Origin: Felis catus
Lineage: Eukaryota
DNA length: 64,000 nt
NCBI RefSeq assembly: GCF_018350175.1
Contig: NC_058381.1
Location: forward strand, 18,352,001 to 18,416,000
Direction: 5' to 3'
The notes under the pieces were generated by a model. It did not search any database, was not told the origin of the DNA, and was given only the letters and a program-made list of their open reading frames with translations. How positions within the stretch are numbered: the stretch's first letter is position 1; each line of letters starts with the position of its first letter. Positions 12,418 through 28,015 of this stretch are shown piece by piece. Both the position numbers and the translations under genes were made by a program.

Positions 12418-13139
12418 TCTAAGTCCTGAACTTGTGAGACCCCTCCTCTGGCTCTGCAGCCTACCCCCGCCCATTAGGACTGAACACATCAGAAGTGGAT
12501 CCCCTGTCCCTCCTTTTACACAAGGGAGTTCTCTTATTGGAAGGAAGTTTAGCTCAGGGATCCCTCCCCTCCATTGTCCTCCAGGCCAGCCTAGAGTCAC
12601 CAGCTACCCAGCACCCTGCTCCTCCTGGGGCATACGCCCATCGCCGTGGCAGGAGGTATCTTTAGAGAGATGAGGTCAGGGCCAGGTTTTCCACCTCTCA
12701 CGCCAGGCCTGGCCCCAATTCTTCTCATCCCAACTGACAACTCCTCCTCCCTCTAAAGAATGGGCAGCCGTCCCTCCGTTTTAGCCCATTAGCTAACTGC
12801 TAAGTGAGTATGGTGAGGAGAGAACCGAAACTCATCCCAGATGGTGGGGAACCCACCCTTTTGTAGCCCAGGCCCCCTCTCCTGACCTACCACCACCTAG
12901 ACAAATTAATCAGAACCATGGATCTGAAGAGGAAGTGATATTAGAGTAATACAGTGGAAAGAAAAGCTCCGGGCTTATGTTGATTTAATTTTCACAAAGA
13001 TCAGATTGGCTGCCCTCTGACCCGAGGCTGTGGAGACAACCTGACAGATTTAGCATGGGGCGGGGGGGGGGGGGGGGGTGTGTGCGTGGCAACACTGGGT
13101 TTTCATATCACTGTCATCTGTAATACCAACTAATCTCCA

Positions 13140-13145
13140 AATAAA
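13140..13145 (+). terminator. Candidate SEBOX poly(A) signal
   Basis: First AATAAA found downstream of the SEBOX stop, followed by GT-rich sequence. Confidence 0.45.
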
Positions 13146-16010
13146 ACCCAAACTCTATACCTTAATCTGGATTGTCGTGTGCTGCAAATGAATGGGGACA
13201 AGAGCCGTTTGCTTTTGAAATGTATCTCCCATCACCTAATCCCTAAACAGGGTCAGGTTCCACACAGATACTGGGTGGGAGGTATTACCCAGGCTTCTAC
13301 TGGGATTAGTTAGGGGGACAGTTAATTGAAGGGTTTAGGGCTCTGGCTGACAGACCCTGGGGAGATGGGAGCCTCTGCTGGCACCTTCTGCTCCTGCTCC
13401 TACTGATTCCAGGACACTCCAGCTGCCTTCACCTCTGGAGCTGCTTTGCTCCAGAAAAGCATAGAGGGTCTAAACTGGATTCAAATCCTGGCTCTGCCAC
13501 GTAACCTCGTAAATCTCTAAAAGTCTATGAGCCTGCAAGCTGGGGGGGGGGGGGGGGGGGTGGATAACGTATCTTCTCTCCATTTGGGGCATGAGAAGCA
13601 ATGATGTTAAGTAAAGGGCTACATGTGATGTGTGACATGCTATAAAAGCTCTCAATTCATGCAAATTGCCTCTCCCTCTCCACACAGCAGGCTATGAGAA
13701 ACTGGGAAGGCCCCAAACTTCTTGTTCCTCTGGCTTCCTGCCAAGCACTCCCCTTTGGGAAGCCCTGGGCCCAGACTGCACTGGAGAAAAGTATGGGACG
13801 GTGAGATGGAGTAAGCGGCGGAGAGCAGAGTTCCCTCCACTGCAATGAGAGCCAGAGGACAGGCCACCTGATCGCTATCTCCAGCTCTGCCCTTGCGGAT
13901 GAAAAACCACTTTGCACGGTGCAGATCTCCTTGGCAGGAACTAGGTCTTCTACCCCTTGATCTCCAGAAGCTAGCACAGTACTTGGCTCATAAAGGAGTT
14001 CTCAGTAAGTGTTCGATGCCACAGAAGCCTGTTGGCTTCTGAGTAGGGGACTGGGATCAGGTAAGGACCCCATTCTAGTGAAAGGGGTGTGTGTGTGGAA
14101 GGACTCCAATCTCAGGATAAGAAGACGCCCTAGGTCGGAAGCTGTTTGAGGGGGCCTGCTCTTTATCTAACATTTGGAAGTCTTCTAACCTTCCAATCCA
14201 GGTATCTGGGGGATGTGAAAGCTTAAGGCTATGTGGGCACAACAGGCTACCGGGCCCACAGAGTTCAGCACTGGTATAGCCACGAACCCCCACAAAAATT
14301 CAGTGCATCTTCTAAACTACACTGGGTTGCCAGAAACATTATAAAATGCCACCTGCACTTCTTCTCACAGCTGACATTCCTTTTAATCGACAATAGAAAT
14401 TCTAAGATTTCTCAACAAAGTGATCTATGGTGGAAGAGAAGGACCTGAACCCTCCCTCTCTCTCACGTAGTGTCTGGAGAAGCTCAGACTGGCAGAAACT
14501 GGCAAACACTGTAGAGCAAATGTCTACTGAGCCAATGTTCTTTCCAAGAACAGAAGAGTACCCTGGGAGAAAACAAAAGACCACAGGAGCTCATGGTGTG
14601 AATAAATGGAAAGGAGTACACCATGAGGAGCAGACCCTGAACGACGATCAGATCTAAGGAATCTTTGGGCTTCTGTGTTGTCACAAGACTTGAGATAAGA
14701 ATACAGTGGATGCCATAAATATTTATTGAATAAATAACTATCGCTAATAGTTTTTAAGTACACGTATACAGACTTTATCACTATACCATTAATCTAAGTT
14801 CTTGCAAGTTTAACATTACACAGGGACTTCAGGACAACCTAACAGTCTTTGGCTCCCTTTACAGAAGAAGGACCACAGCTGGTCATCTGATCTCTCTCAG
14901 CCTTTGTCTTCGGGAAGAGGGGCCTAAAACCATTTCCTCTTCCAACCTCCAGGATGGTTGTGAAGACCAAAAGCAACCACGGAAAGCAGTTACTCAACTA
15001 TGCACATTTACAAACTATTTTTAGCACCCCGCCCCCCACAAATATTTTAAGAACCTACGTAAAAAATCCTCCATTAGGCTTACGTATAACAATATGTGTA
15101 CATACTCATGTTACGCGTACATATTCACGTGTATGTCTCTTCGTGTTCACATATACAGTCAAACCTGACAACAATCCATACCTACAAAGAACATCTCCCT
15201 TTATTAGCTGAGACAATCCACGGTAGGCATACTCTTCCCACCAACACACACAAGCACAAAGAGATTTTCAATTAAAATCACACATACTGTTTTGCCATCT
15301 GAATTGGTTTCATTTTTGGAGGCAGAGCAAAGGGTGATGGGGAGGTGGGAAGTTTAAGGAAGGCTGACGAGTGGCAGAGGTGGGCAGAAGCATACAGAAA
15401 ATGTGAAAAAGGCAAGCGGAAGAAAGAAGATGAAGACAGAAATGAAGATTCCAGAAAGGTAGCTGCCTAGCTCCCAATTTCACCATCCCATACCAACCCG
15501 CCTTTCTCTTATTCGATGTCCTGTGATCAGTTCCTCTTCTGGCACAAACTGGAGAAAGGAAATCCTTTGTTTTCTTGGAGCCTACTGATCTAAATTACAG
15601 GTCTGCATCAAGGATGTATGCAGCAAGGGTGACCATCAATTTATGCACTTGGGCAATTTCAAGGCAGTACTGTCTGCTTCTTGGAAGGCCTGTATTCTAT
15701 TTACTCCTGATGGAAAAACCCAGCCTCAGCAGTGCCCAGATGGACTGGAGAAGGCAGATGGGCACTGGGTTCAGGAGAAGGTACTGAAAGACCAGTTCTT
15801 TTCAGTTGTTGTCTCAGTCTCTTTTACTGCCCCTCTGGAAATTGACAGAGGATGCCCTCCCCGCCCCCTGCAGGACCAGCAGGTGGCCTTGGCTTGGCCC
15901 TCTAACCGGAGCTGAGGACAAAGAGCCTGACAGGTTGACTGAGAGTCAGTGACTGGCAGCTGGGAGCCTGGAGTCTCCCAAAATCCACTCCACACTTTGA
16001 TGAGGAACCA

Positions 16011-19032
<3,022 letters not shown>

Positions 19033-19243
19033 GTCCAGCGGCTTATGGTCAGGTGACCCGGGGCCGGGACTTCCGCCCATCGCGCACCGGAAGGAGCATG
19101 GAGTTCGCGGAGCGGGACGAGGCGGGGCAGAGGGCCAAGGGGGCGGGGACGCGGCGCGGGGCAGTGTGGGGCGGGGGGGCAGAACGCCTCCCGGCCGCGG
19201 GTTGGGCCCAGAGTCAGCAGCCGAGCGGGCGCTCGGGCGGGAC

Positions 19244-22200
19244 ATGGCGGGCTGTGTGGCCCGACGGGCCCTGGCCGTGGGCAGCCGCTGGTGGTCCCGC
19301 TCGCTAACCGGGGCCCGGGGGCCGAGGCCGTTCTGTGCGGCGGGTGGAGCTGGGGCCTTCCCACCAGCGGCGACCACGACGACGCGGAGGCACCTCTCGT
19401 CCCGGTGAGGGACGGAGCGCGGGGGCCGTACGTGGAACCCAGGGAGCGTGTTCTCGGTCAGCGAGGAGGCAGGAGGCCGGGCCGGCAGAGGGTGATTGGA
19501 GTTCGACTTGGGAGAGGGTCCCGGCCGGGAGCCGACCTGCCCTGGCTGGGATGTGTGCCAGGATGAGAGAAGGGAGCGCGGCCCAGAGCCCTGGGTTGCG
19601 CAGGGCTGGCTCTGAAGGGGAGCTAGCAACCCTCCCGGAACGAATCCTACCTCCCCAAATGGAGATCCCGAGCGCTGTTGTTAATGGGCAGCCCTTTAAT
19701 GAAGCCCTAGGGCTTTTGACTTGAACCCCCAGCCCCGGATTGGGACAAGGCCTCCCAAAGAAAGATGCTCGAAGTGGGAAGCAGGACTCTTGAGTGTGGG
19801 CCCTGCGTGGGCTCCAGGTTTCAGCCTGACCTTGGGGAAACTGGTTCTTTCTGTGTGACTTGGGGAGGGGGTTCGGAGGCCATGGGGGTGATGTGAACAT
19901 TGTCTCTAGCCATGGGACAGGCAGATCACATTGGGGCTGGAGGGTCAAGTGAGAGGAAGTGTAAGGTTCACATCTCCAAAATACTAAGAATAGCAGACCT
20001 TTGAAGGACCCCCTAGAAAGAGCAGCCCTGTCCAGAGAGGTCACAGAACACTGACCTTTTAGTGGCTGAGATTAGACCCCGGTATTGGGGAGAGATGATC
20101 ACTATTTGCAGTTTAAGACCCCTGTGAAATTTGATGTAAATCCGAACAAAAACCAGATTTAGAGACTACTAAGTGCAGTGCAGGGATGCCCTCCAAGGGC
20201 AGGGTGAAGGCTGCAGTTTAGGGGGGTAGATAGAGATGGAATAATTACAGAACAAATATTTTTTGAGCACCTCATATACACTAGGCTCTGAGGGGAAACA
20301 CAGGCTAATCAGACATAGGCATTGCTCCCAGGGAACCTACAGTCTCTAGTGGAGATAAGACACGGGCACAAATAACAGAAATGCAAGGTGGGAAGGTCGG
20401 TTAAAATGCCGTGGGAGGTCAGGAGGGTGGGTCAGGGAAGAAACAGAGGCAAGGGATACAAGTAATGGTGGGAGGGCATGATATGAGGAAGGCAGAGAGA
20501 GAAGAAAGGGTCTGGGTGCAGTCAGACCTAACACAGAAACTGAGGCAGGACCCGAAAGAGGGAAAGGCAGAATTTGGAGTGGTGGTTTGGCAGGACCCTT
20601 ACCTGCTTCACCTGCCCCTCTGCCTGGCCCCTCTGTAAGTATTCTAGTAGCTTTTTCTGTTGCTGTAGGTACCATTACCTTCTCAGCTCTTCAGCTGCTT
20701 GCTCTTTTCCATCCTAATCAGAAACCGACCAGAGGGCAAAGTTTTGGAGACAGTTGGTGTGTTTGAGGTGCCAAAACAGAATGGGAAATACGAGACCGGG
20801 CAGGTGAGTGCCGAGCTGGGTCATCTTTCATTTTCGAGGTGCGCCCTGTTTCTGAAAGCATCAGCTTTGGTCATAGACCCAGATGTTAACAGTTTTCCGC
20901 CTCGGTGGCCAGTGTCAGATCGGAATCACAGATTCAAGATGGGGTTTCTGTTTTCCTGGATTTGAATCCATTTCACGAGTCACCGGGTTCCCTTTCCAAG
21001 TTAGCATGGACAGAGGTAATGTGGGCCACGGCGAGGAAAGAGCCAGGTTGTTGAAGAGTCCTGTAATATAGTGGATGGTGGGAAGCCCGTGGAGGGAGCT
21101 TTTAGGAAAGGAAACCTTTGATGCTTCGTCATAGTTGAATTGATTGCAGTTGTCATATAAGCTGTGGGTGTGAGGCTCTTGTTTTTGTATCAGCTTTGTG
21201 CCAGATCCACTGAGATAGACTGAGACCCCTTGTAAGTCAGGACTTTTTTTTTTTTTTTTTTTTTATTCAACTCCTCGTCCCCACCCTCCCACCCCCTTTT
21301 TTTGGTTTGCCTGCAGTGGACCGGGTGTGTATGGGAGTTGAATCAGAAAGCAATACCTTTGTGGAGTTGGCAGTCTAGAGACAAACTATGGTGGGGTTGG
21401 TGGCCAAGCACTGTGCTAAGTGGAGGGGAGGTCAGGGAAGTCTTCCTAGAGATTTAAGCTACAGCCTGAAGGATCAGCAGAAGTCAGCCAGGTGAAGAGG
21501 GGGCGGGGGATAAGAGTGTCCTGAAGCTGGTGGGGGGTGGGTCACAGAGTTTAAGAGAAAGACTGGCAAGACGTCTGGTGTTGCGGCTACCTGTGCTGCT
21601 TAGCGGTCTGGGTCCCACCTGCAAGGACTTGGGGACTGCACGCTCACGGAGACCTCTCTTCCCTCCTAGCTCTTTCTTCATAGTGTTTTTGGCTACCGAG
21701 GTGTCGTCCTGTTTCCCTGGCAGGCCCGACTCTATGACCGGGATGTGGCTTCTGCGGCTCCCGAGAAGTAAGTACCCCTGTCGTTGTGCCTCATGGTACC
21801 CTTAGGAGGAGGCCTGAGTCATGGCCGACATACGTAATTGGGGTCCCAGGGGTGAATCCAATATCCTCCTGGGCCATCGGAACAGTCCCAGAGTACTTCC
21901 TGGACACCATGGAGACAAAAGTGCTGAGTGCCAGGGACAGTCTTATGCCAGAGGGTCCCTTTAGGCCCTCCCAGGATGCTTTCCCAAGCTGTTCTCTGTT
22001 TGCATTATAAGTAGCCCAGAAGGTATTTGAGGGACTAATTTTCTTGATTTCTTGGCATTCAGTTAGAATCTTTCAATCTCTTTTCCCTGGAATACATTAA
22101 AACAGAAAAGGCCCAGCTCCATTAAGTCATCAGAGACAGCCCCAGGGATGCGAGAAGAGCGGGGTACCTGGGGCTCCAGGATTGGAAGGAGGCAGCAATT

Positions 22201-25200
22201 TGAATTTTTCAACATGGCCCCTTTCCAAGGAGTAGCCAGAGAGTAAGACAAATGGTGACTCTGCACAGTGGGTCCCCCGTGTTCCTTTGTTACCCCCGGC
22301 TGGGCCGGGGTGTTGCTGTGCCGGTACCTGGCTTATGCCAAAGCCCCTTCCGGTCAGGCACTAGTCTGTTGAGGTGAGGAGGTAGGGAGCTAGGGCAGGC
22401 ACTGCTTCTCTTTCTCTTGGGGTGATCTTAGGCTTCTTCCCCTACCCTACCCTACAGAGCAGAGAATCCTGCTGGCCATGGCTCTAAGGAGGTGAAAGGC
22501 AAAACTCACACTTACTATCAGGTGCTGATTGATGCCCGAGATTGTCCACATATAGTAAGTAAGCAAGATGGCTGGGCTGGGGGTTTCTCTCCATGGGAAA
22601 GGCCTGAGCCCGATGGGGACAGAGGGAGGGAGAAGGGTCAAATAGAGCCCAGATCAGCACTGGGCCCTGAGTTTTCAGGACTGGATAGCGACTAAGAAAA
22701 TCTCTGACTCGCTTCTTGCCCTAGTCTCAGAGATCTCAGACAGAAGCTGTGACTTTCTTGGCTAACCATGATGACAGCCGGGCCCTCTATGCCATCCCAG
22801 GTGAGTAGTGAGTATCTGAATGTGCCCGTCGATGAGAGGTCTGGTGTCTCTCAGCGAGAAGATGCCGATGCCTTTCTGACGTCCTTTAATCTGCTGGGAG
22901 GGATTATGGTGGCTGAGAGTGCTGGTGCCAGGCTCGTCCCACCTTGAGACAAGGCCAGGAATTGTGTTTCTTCCCAGCCTTGTTCCTCCCCTTTCCTCTG
23001 TGAGTTTCACCGTCTCTTTTCTCTCTCTGTGCCAGGCTTGGATTATGTCAGCCATGAAGACATCCTCCCCTACACCTCCACTGATCAGGTTCCCATCCAG
23101 CATGAGCTGTTTGAAAGATTTCTTCTGTATGACCAGACAAAAGGTGATCTCCCTCAAGAAAGGAAGCTGGAATGGAAGGGCCCTTTCTTCAAAGACAGTA
23201 GCATAGAAGTGACTTCAAAGCTGTATACCCACAACCTTATTCAGCCTCCCATTAGCATACCAAGTCAGGTGGATGACTGTTGTCTCTGCCTAACAGATAT
23301 GGAAACTGAGGCTCAGGTGATGAGAAGGGAATCAAGGTTGCTAGTTAGAGGCAAGGTCATGGTTGCAGCAGGGTCTGAAAACTTGGGCTCCTCACTCCCA
23401 GCCCATTTCTCTTCCCACCATGTCACAGACCTCCGGGCTTATTCCTGGCGGCTCTGGGCCTTTTTCCAGCCCGTGCTTTTGTTTTATGTTTGGGTGCCTT
23501 ATTTGGCTGGGTCAGAATTGGGAAGAGTTTTCTAGGAGGGGCAGTTGGAGAATGAGTGCAACACCCGGGACTCTGGCCTGGACCAACCAGTTATATCTTG
23601 CCCCAGCACCCCCTTTTGTGGCTCGGGAGACGCTACGGGCCTGGCAGGAGAAGAATCACCCCTGGCTGGAACTCTCTGATGTCCACCGGGAAACAACTGA
23701 GAACATTCGTGTCACAGTCATCCCCTTCTACATGGGCATGAGGGTATGTATGTGCCTGGCCTGGGCCCCATCCCTCAGGGATAGGCCCCGGTTCCCTGTG
23801 GTGCCCCCGTGTGACTGACGGAGAGTGGGTTCTGCTTCCCAGTGCTGCACACATTAGATCAACACTAAGACCTAGAGCAGGGAGACACTCAGGTTCTGGG
23901 AAGGAGTCCTCCAGGCTGACTTTCCTTCTCTTCTGGTTCAAAGGGCATCCCGTGTATGTGTGTATGCAGAATACATATGTGCGTGTTTAAATCAGCAGAG
24001 GCTGATCTTCACACATTGTACGTAGTAGATATTTATTGGGTTATTTCTTGCCTGGTTGTGAGCCTCAAAAAGAAATGAAACACTGGCCCTGCCTTCCAGG
24101 AGGAGCTCCTAGTAGTGGGAGAGGCCAACATAGAGCATATTGGGTATCGTAACGCTGTTGGGCTACGGAAGGGCAGAGGGGGGCAGTGGCCTGGGCCAGC
24201 AGTGGCTGTAGGGGCTGGGGCAGCAGCTGGAAGACCGGAGAGAAGGGAAGGGCCTTGTGGCTGATTTCCGTTGGCATCCAGCTCCGCTGGTGATCTTGAT
24301 AGAATGAGGAGGAGGGAGGCCAGAGATCGGTCCAGGGGAAGCGGCCTCCGTTTGGGCTTGTTGGCCATAGTTCAGCGATCACCCCACAGACATTCGCAGC
24401 ATTGTTCTGCCTCCGTAACCTTCCGGGAACACGTCTACTCAGTTGGAGAGATGTTGATTGGAACGGACTTGGTCCTGCCCTCTGGGACTTAATTTTTTTT
24501 TCCCCCCCCAGGAAGCCCAGAATTCCCATGTCTACTGGGTGAGTGTTTCCCTGTGGGAGGAGAGAAGCTCAGGAGTTGTGCCCGGTGTGGGGGGCAGGGG
24601 GAGGTGGGGAGTTTGCCTCCGGGGGATACGGCTGTGTGCTGCAGGTGTCACTTTTTGTTGCCTTTTGCTCTCTTGGAATTCTGGGGGGACTGGCCCAAGG
24701 TCTGTTCTTTCTCAGATGTGAACTCTCTCCTCTCCCCCCACAGTGGCGCTACTGTATCCGCTTAGAGAACCTCGACAGCGACGTGGTGCAGCTTCGGGAG
24801 CGACACTGGAGGATATTCAGTTTGTCCGGCACCCTGGAGACAGTGCGAGGCCGAGGGGTGGTGGGCAGGGTGAGCATCATCAGGCCGGTAATGCCCGGTT
24901 CGTGGTCCTGCCCGGCAGGCCTGGGGGCTGAGTGCACGCTGTCCTGTTCTGTGGCTAGGGACCAGAGGCTTTGTGTGTGAGCGCATTGGGCTGCTTTGGA
25001 TGAAACCTTACAACGACCCTGTGAGATAGGTTCCTTACAGCCTGTCCCACAGATGAAGGGAAAGCGAAGCTAACTAAATAGCCCACAGTCCTGTGGCTAG
25101 TAGTAGCGGGACCTGGATTTGAATCCAAGGGAGTCTGACGTCAAAGTTTGTGTAGAGTTCTTGTTGCCAGCACGGAGCCTTACTAAAAATATGAATTTGA

Positions 25201-26889
25201 GCGCCCTTAGCTGGGGCTCCCCCCACCCCACCCCGTCCCCAACCACTACTCCTGGTTGTCCTTCCTCTGCCTCCTTACATGCCTGCATCCTCTTTTGGCC
25301 CATGAGATCTGATTTTGCAAACCGTGCATTACCCCACCCTGTCTCCTGAGAAATAAGGCACAAGAAATGGCCAGGGGCCACATGTAACATGCGTTTATCC
25401 AAGTCAGTAGGGACTTGGGAGGCAGGGTGGGATACTAAGAACAGCGCTTTGAAGTTAGATGGTCTGAATGCCAGCTGTGTGTGGTTTACTCCTCACATAA
25501 CTTTGGGCCAGATATTTAACCGGAAATCTCAGTTTTTTCCTGCTAAAATGGGGATCACACCTATTACCTCCTAATTATTAGCAGATTTAAGTCAGCAGAG
25601 GTTGGCAGAGCACATGGTGCCTGGCTCTTGGGCACTCAGTGAATGGGCGCTGGAAGGGGTATTTACAGAGTAGGTCCTGTGCCTGTGATCTTTGCCCAGG
25701 GCCCACAGACGTTCGGTCTGAGGTTCTCTTTCCCAGAATCCGAATTAAAGGCCGGGATCAGTGGCCGTGCTGTGGGAGGAGGTACTGGCAGGCAGTCATT
25801 GTGGGAAGCATGAGGGGGCATCCAGTCCTGATGAACAGTCAGCACGTGGCCCCCGGGGTACAGGAGCTTGTCTGGCCTTACCTATCTTGTCCACACCCTT
25901 ACAGGAGCCAGTGCTATCCAAGGAGCAGCCTGCGTTCCAGTACAGCAGCCACGTCTCCCTGCAAGCTTCCAGCGGGCACATGTGGTAAGTACGTGCCGGG
26001 ACGGGGCACCGAGACTCCACAGACACAGCTGCAGGTCAGAAAAGTGAGAGCTCAGTTTGCGGTGAATTCTGCGTCAGGTTACATCTTGCGGTGGAGACTT
26101 CTCTGCTGTTCNNNNNNNNNNNNNNNNNNNNNNNNNNNNNNNNNNNNNNNNNNNNNNNNNNNNNNNNNNNNNNNNNNNNNNNNNNNNNNNNNNNNNNNNN
26201 NNNNNNNNNNNNNNNNNNNNNNNNNNNNNNNNNNNNNNNNNNNNNNNNNNNNNNNNNNNNNNNNNNNNNNNNNNNNNNNNCTCAGCACAGAGCCCAACTC
26301 GGGGCTCAATCCCACGACTCTGGGATCATGACCTGGGCTGAAATCAAGAGTTGGACACTCAACCAATTGAGCCACCCAGGTGCCCTCCATGTCTGATTTT
26401 TTATAACTACCTGTGTTCTGGTTTCCCTGTGATTTTGTGGACTGAGGACTTGGGCCGAAGAGGTCTGGTGCTCATGTAGTTGGTTCTTTCCCTGGGTGGT
26501 TCACTCCTTAACCTGGAAGTAGAGTTGGGTAGCTCACGCAGTGTGCATCTGAGGGCCAGAATCAGGGCAGCTGTATCTTTTCTCATGTAGGGCCAGGAAG
26601 GGCCTTGGGTTTCTGGACCAGTGTGATCCTGACACGGACCAGGCAGAAGAGAGCCCAGGCCTGCCTCATCCTGCTGTGTTCAGTTCTGGAGCTGAGGGCA
26701 TAGGGCTCTCCAGATCCTTAGGGGGGGGGGCCTCAGCCTTCGCTCCCTCTAACCCAGGTGCTCTCTGACCACAGGGGCACGTTCCGCTTCGAGAGGCCTG
26801 ATGGCTCCCACTTTGATGTCCGGATCCCTCCCTTCTCTCTGGAAAGCAATAAAGATGAGAAGACACCACCCTCAGGCCTTCACTGGTAG
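19244..26889 (+). CDS. POLDIP2: POLDIP2 (PDIP38; YccV-like plus ApaG/DUF525 domains), 11 exons, 368 aa
   Basis: Exons 19244-19404, 20722-20803, 21670-21767, 22458-22554, 22725-22800, 23036-23143, 23607-23743, 24512-24538, 24744-24869, 25905-25984, 26775-26889 (1107 nt). Arg-rich mitochondrial presequence, [17 protein letters not shown], ApaG motif [11 protein letters not shown]-terminus KTPPSGLHW*. Confidence 0.98.
26112..26386 (-). mobile_element. Can-SINE in POLDIP2 intron 10, tail in N gap
   Basis: GGGATCATGACCTGGGCTGAAATCAAGAGT...GAGCCACCCAGGTGCCC. Confidence 0.85.
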
Positions 26890-27782
26890 GCCAGCTGAGG
26901 CCCGAGTGCCTAGGCTCGGCCCCTGAAGAACAGCTCTGGTCCCACAATTGCTGCAGAACTCTCTCTTTACCATGGGCCACAGTGGGTCTGTCTGTCGTTT
27001 GCACCATTTGATCGTGGGCTTTTTTGGTGGGTGGGTATAATTTTCTCCGGAAGACCCATGTAGGACTCCTCTGAGGCTGGCTTCCCCTGGCTACACTGTG
27101 TTCCAGTAAACCTTTCCACCAGGAATTCTGTGTTCAGCTGCCACAGGGCCTGGGGTTTCCTGGCCTGTCACACGAGTTGTTTGAGACATGAGGTTTGGTC
27201 AATAAACCAGTGCACACTTGGCCACCCTCGCCATTTCTGCCCCCAGGGGTCTCAGGCTCCCTTTTTGATGCCCTGGGGGCCTTTGGTTGCTTTCCTTGCT
27301 GCCCTTCCAGGAAGCTGCCCCATCTACTAGAGTATGTATGGGTTTCCCTCCCGAAGCTGGGGGTTGGCTGGATGTTTCCCAGGGTCGCGGTGCCCCAGCC
27401 AGCAGGGTGGGGGCTAGACTGGACTCCCCTTCTTTATCCTGCCAAGTGCAGAGCAGGAGGCCAACATCGGGCTCAAGCTCTCAGCACTGGCCAGCCATGG
27501 ACATCGCTGGCTTCCCTGAGCCTGGGAAGGAGGGCAGCAAGCCACATGAGTTCCCGGGAATAACAGGCTTGCCAGATGAGCACGCGTCTCTCAGGCCTCC
27601 AGCCCACCCATGCAGAAACTCAGCGAGGAGCTTTAGGTACGTATGGACGGTGACTGAGCCAAGCTACTTTCTGAGCTGCTTGCTCACACATCTCCAAGAG
27701 CCAGAGAAGAAATGTGCTGCATTTTCCCCTGAATCTTAGGATTCCTGCTTCCCTCCTACCGTAGTGATTGTCAAAGAGGTTG

Positions 27783-28015
27783 TTTATTCTTGAATTAATA
27801 TTAAATCTCAGTTCCAGCCCTTACTAGTGTTGTCCTTAATCCTCCACCAGGGGGAGCCAGGGTTGCAGGGCCACGGAGTGCAATAGGATTGTGACGCAGG
27901 GAAAACACAAGGTGGTGAACAGAAACACGAGAACCAGGGCCGTAGCACTGCGCTGACCCAGCTATAACCACCGTGAGCACAGTTGCGGGCCACTGCAGCG
28001 TAACACGATTTTATT
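27783..28015. terminator. Convergent poly(A) signals of POLDIP2 (+) and TNFAIP1 (-)
   Basis: + strand ATTAAA 27800-27805 (proximal AATAAA 27201-27206); - strand AATAAA at 27783-27788 and 28010-28015. Confidence 0.55.

Noticed and set aside
24230-24480. Possible intronic snoRNA in POLDIP2 intron 7
   Set aside because: No convincing C/D box pair with terminal stem and no H/ACA layout found.
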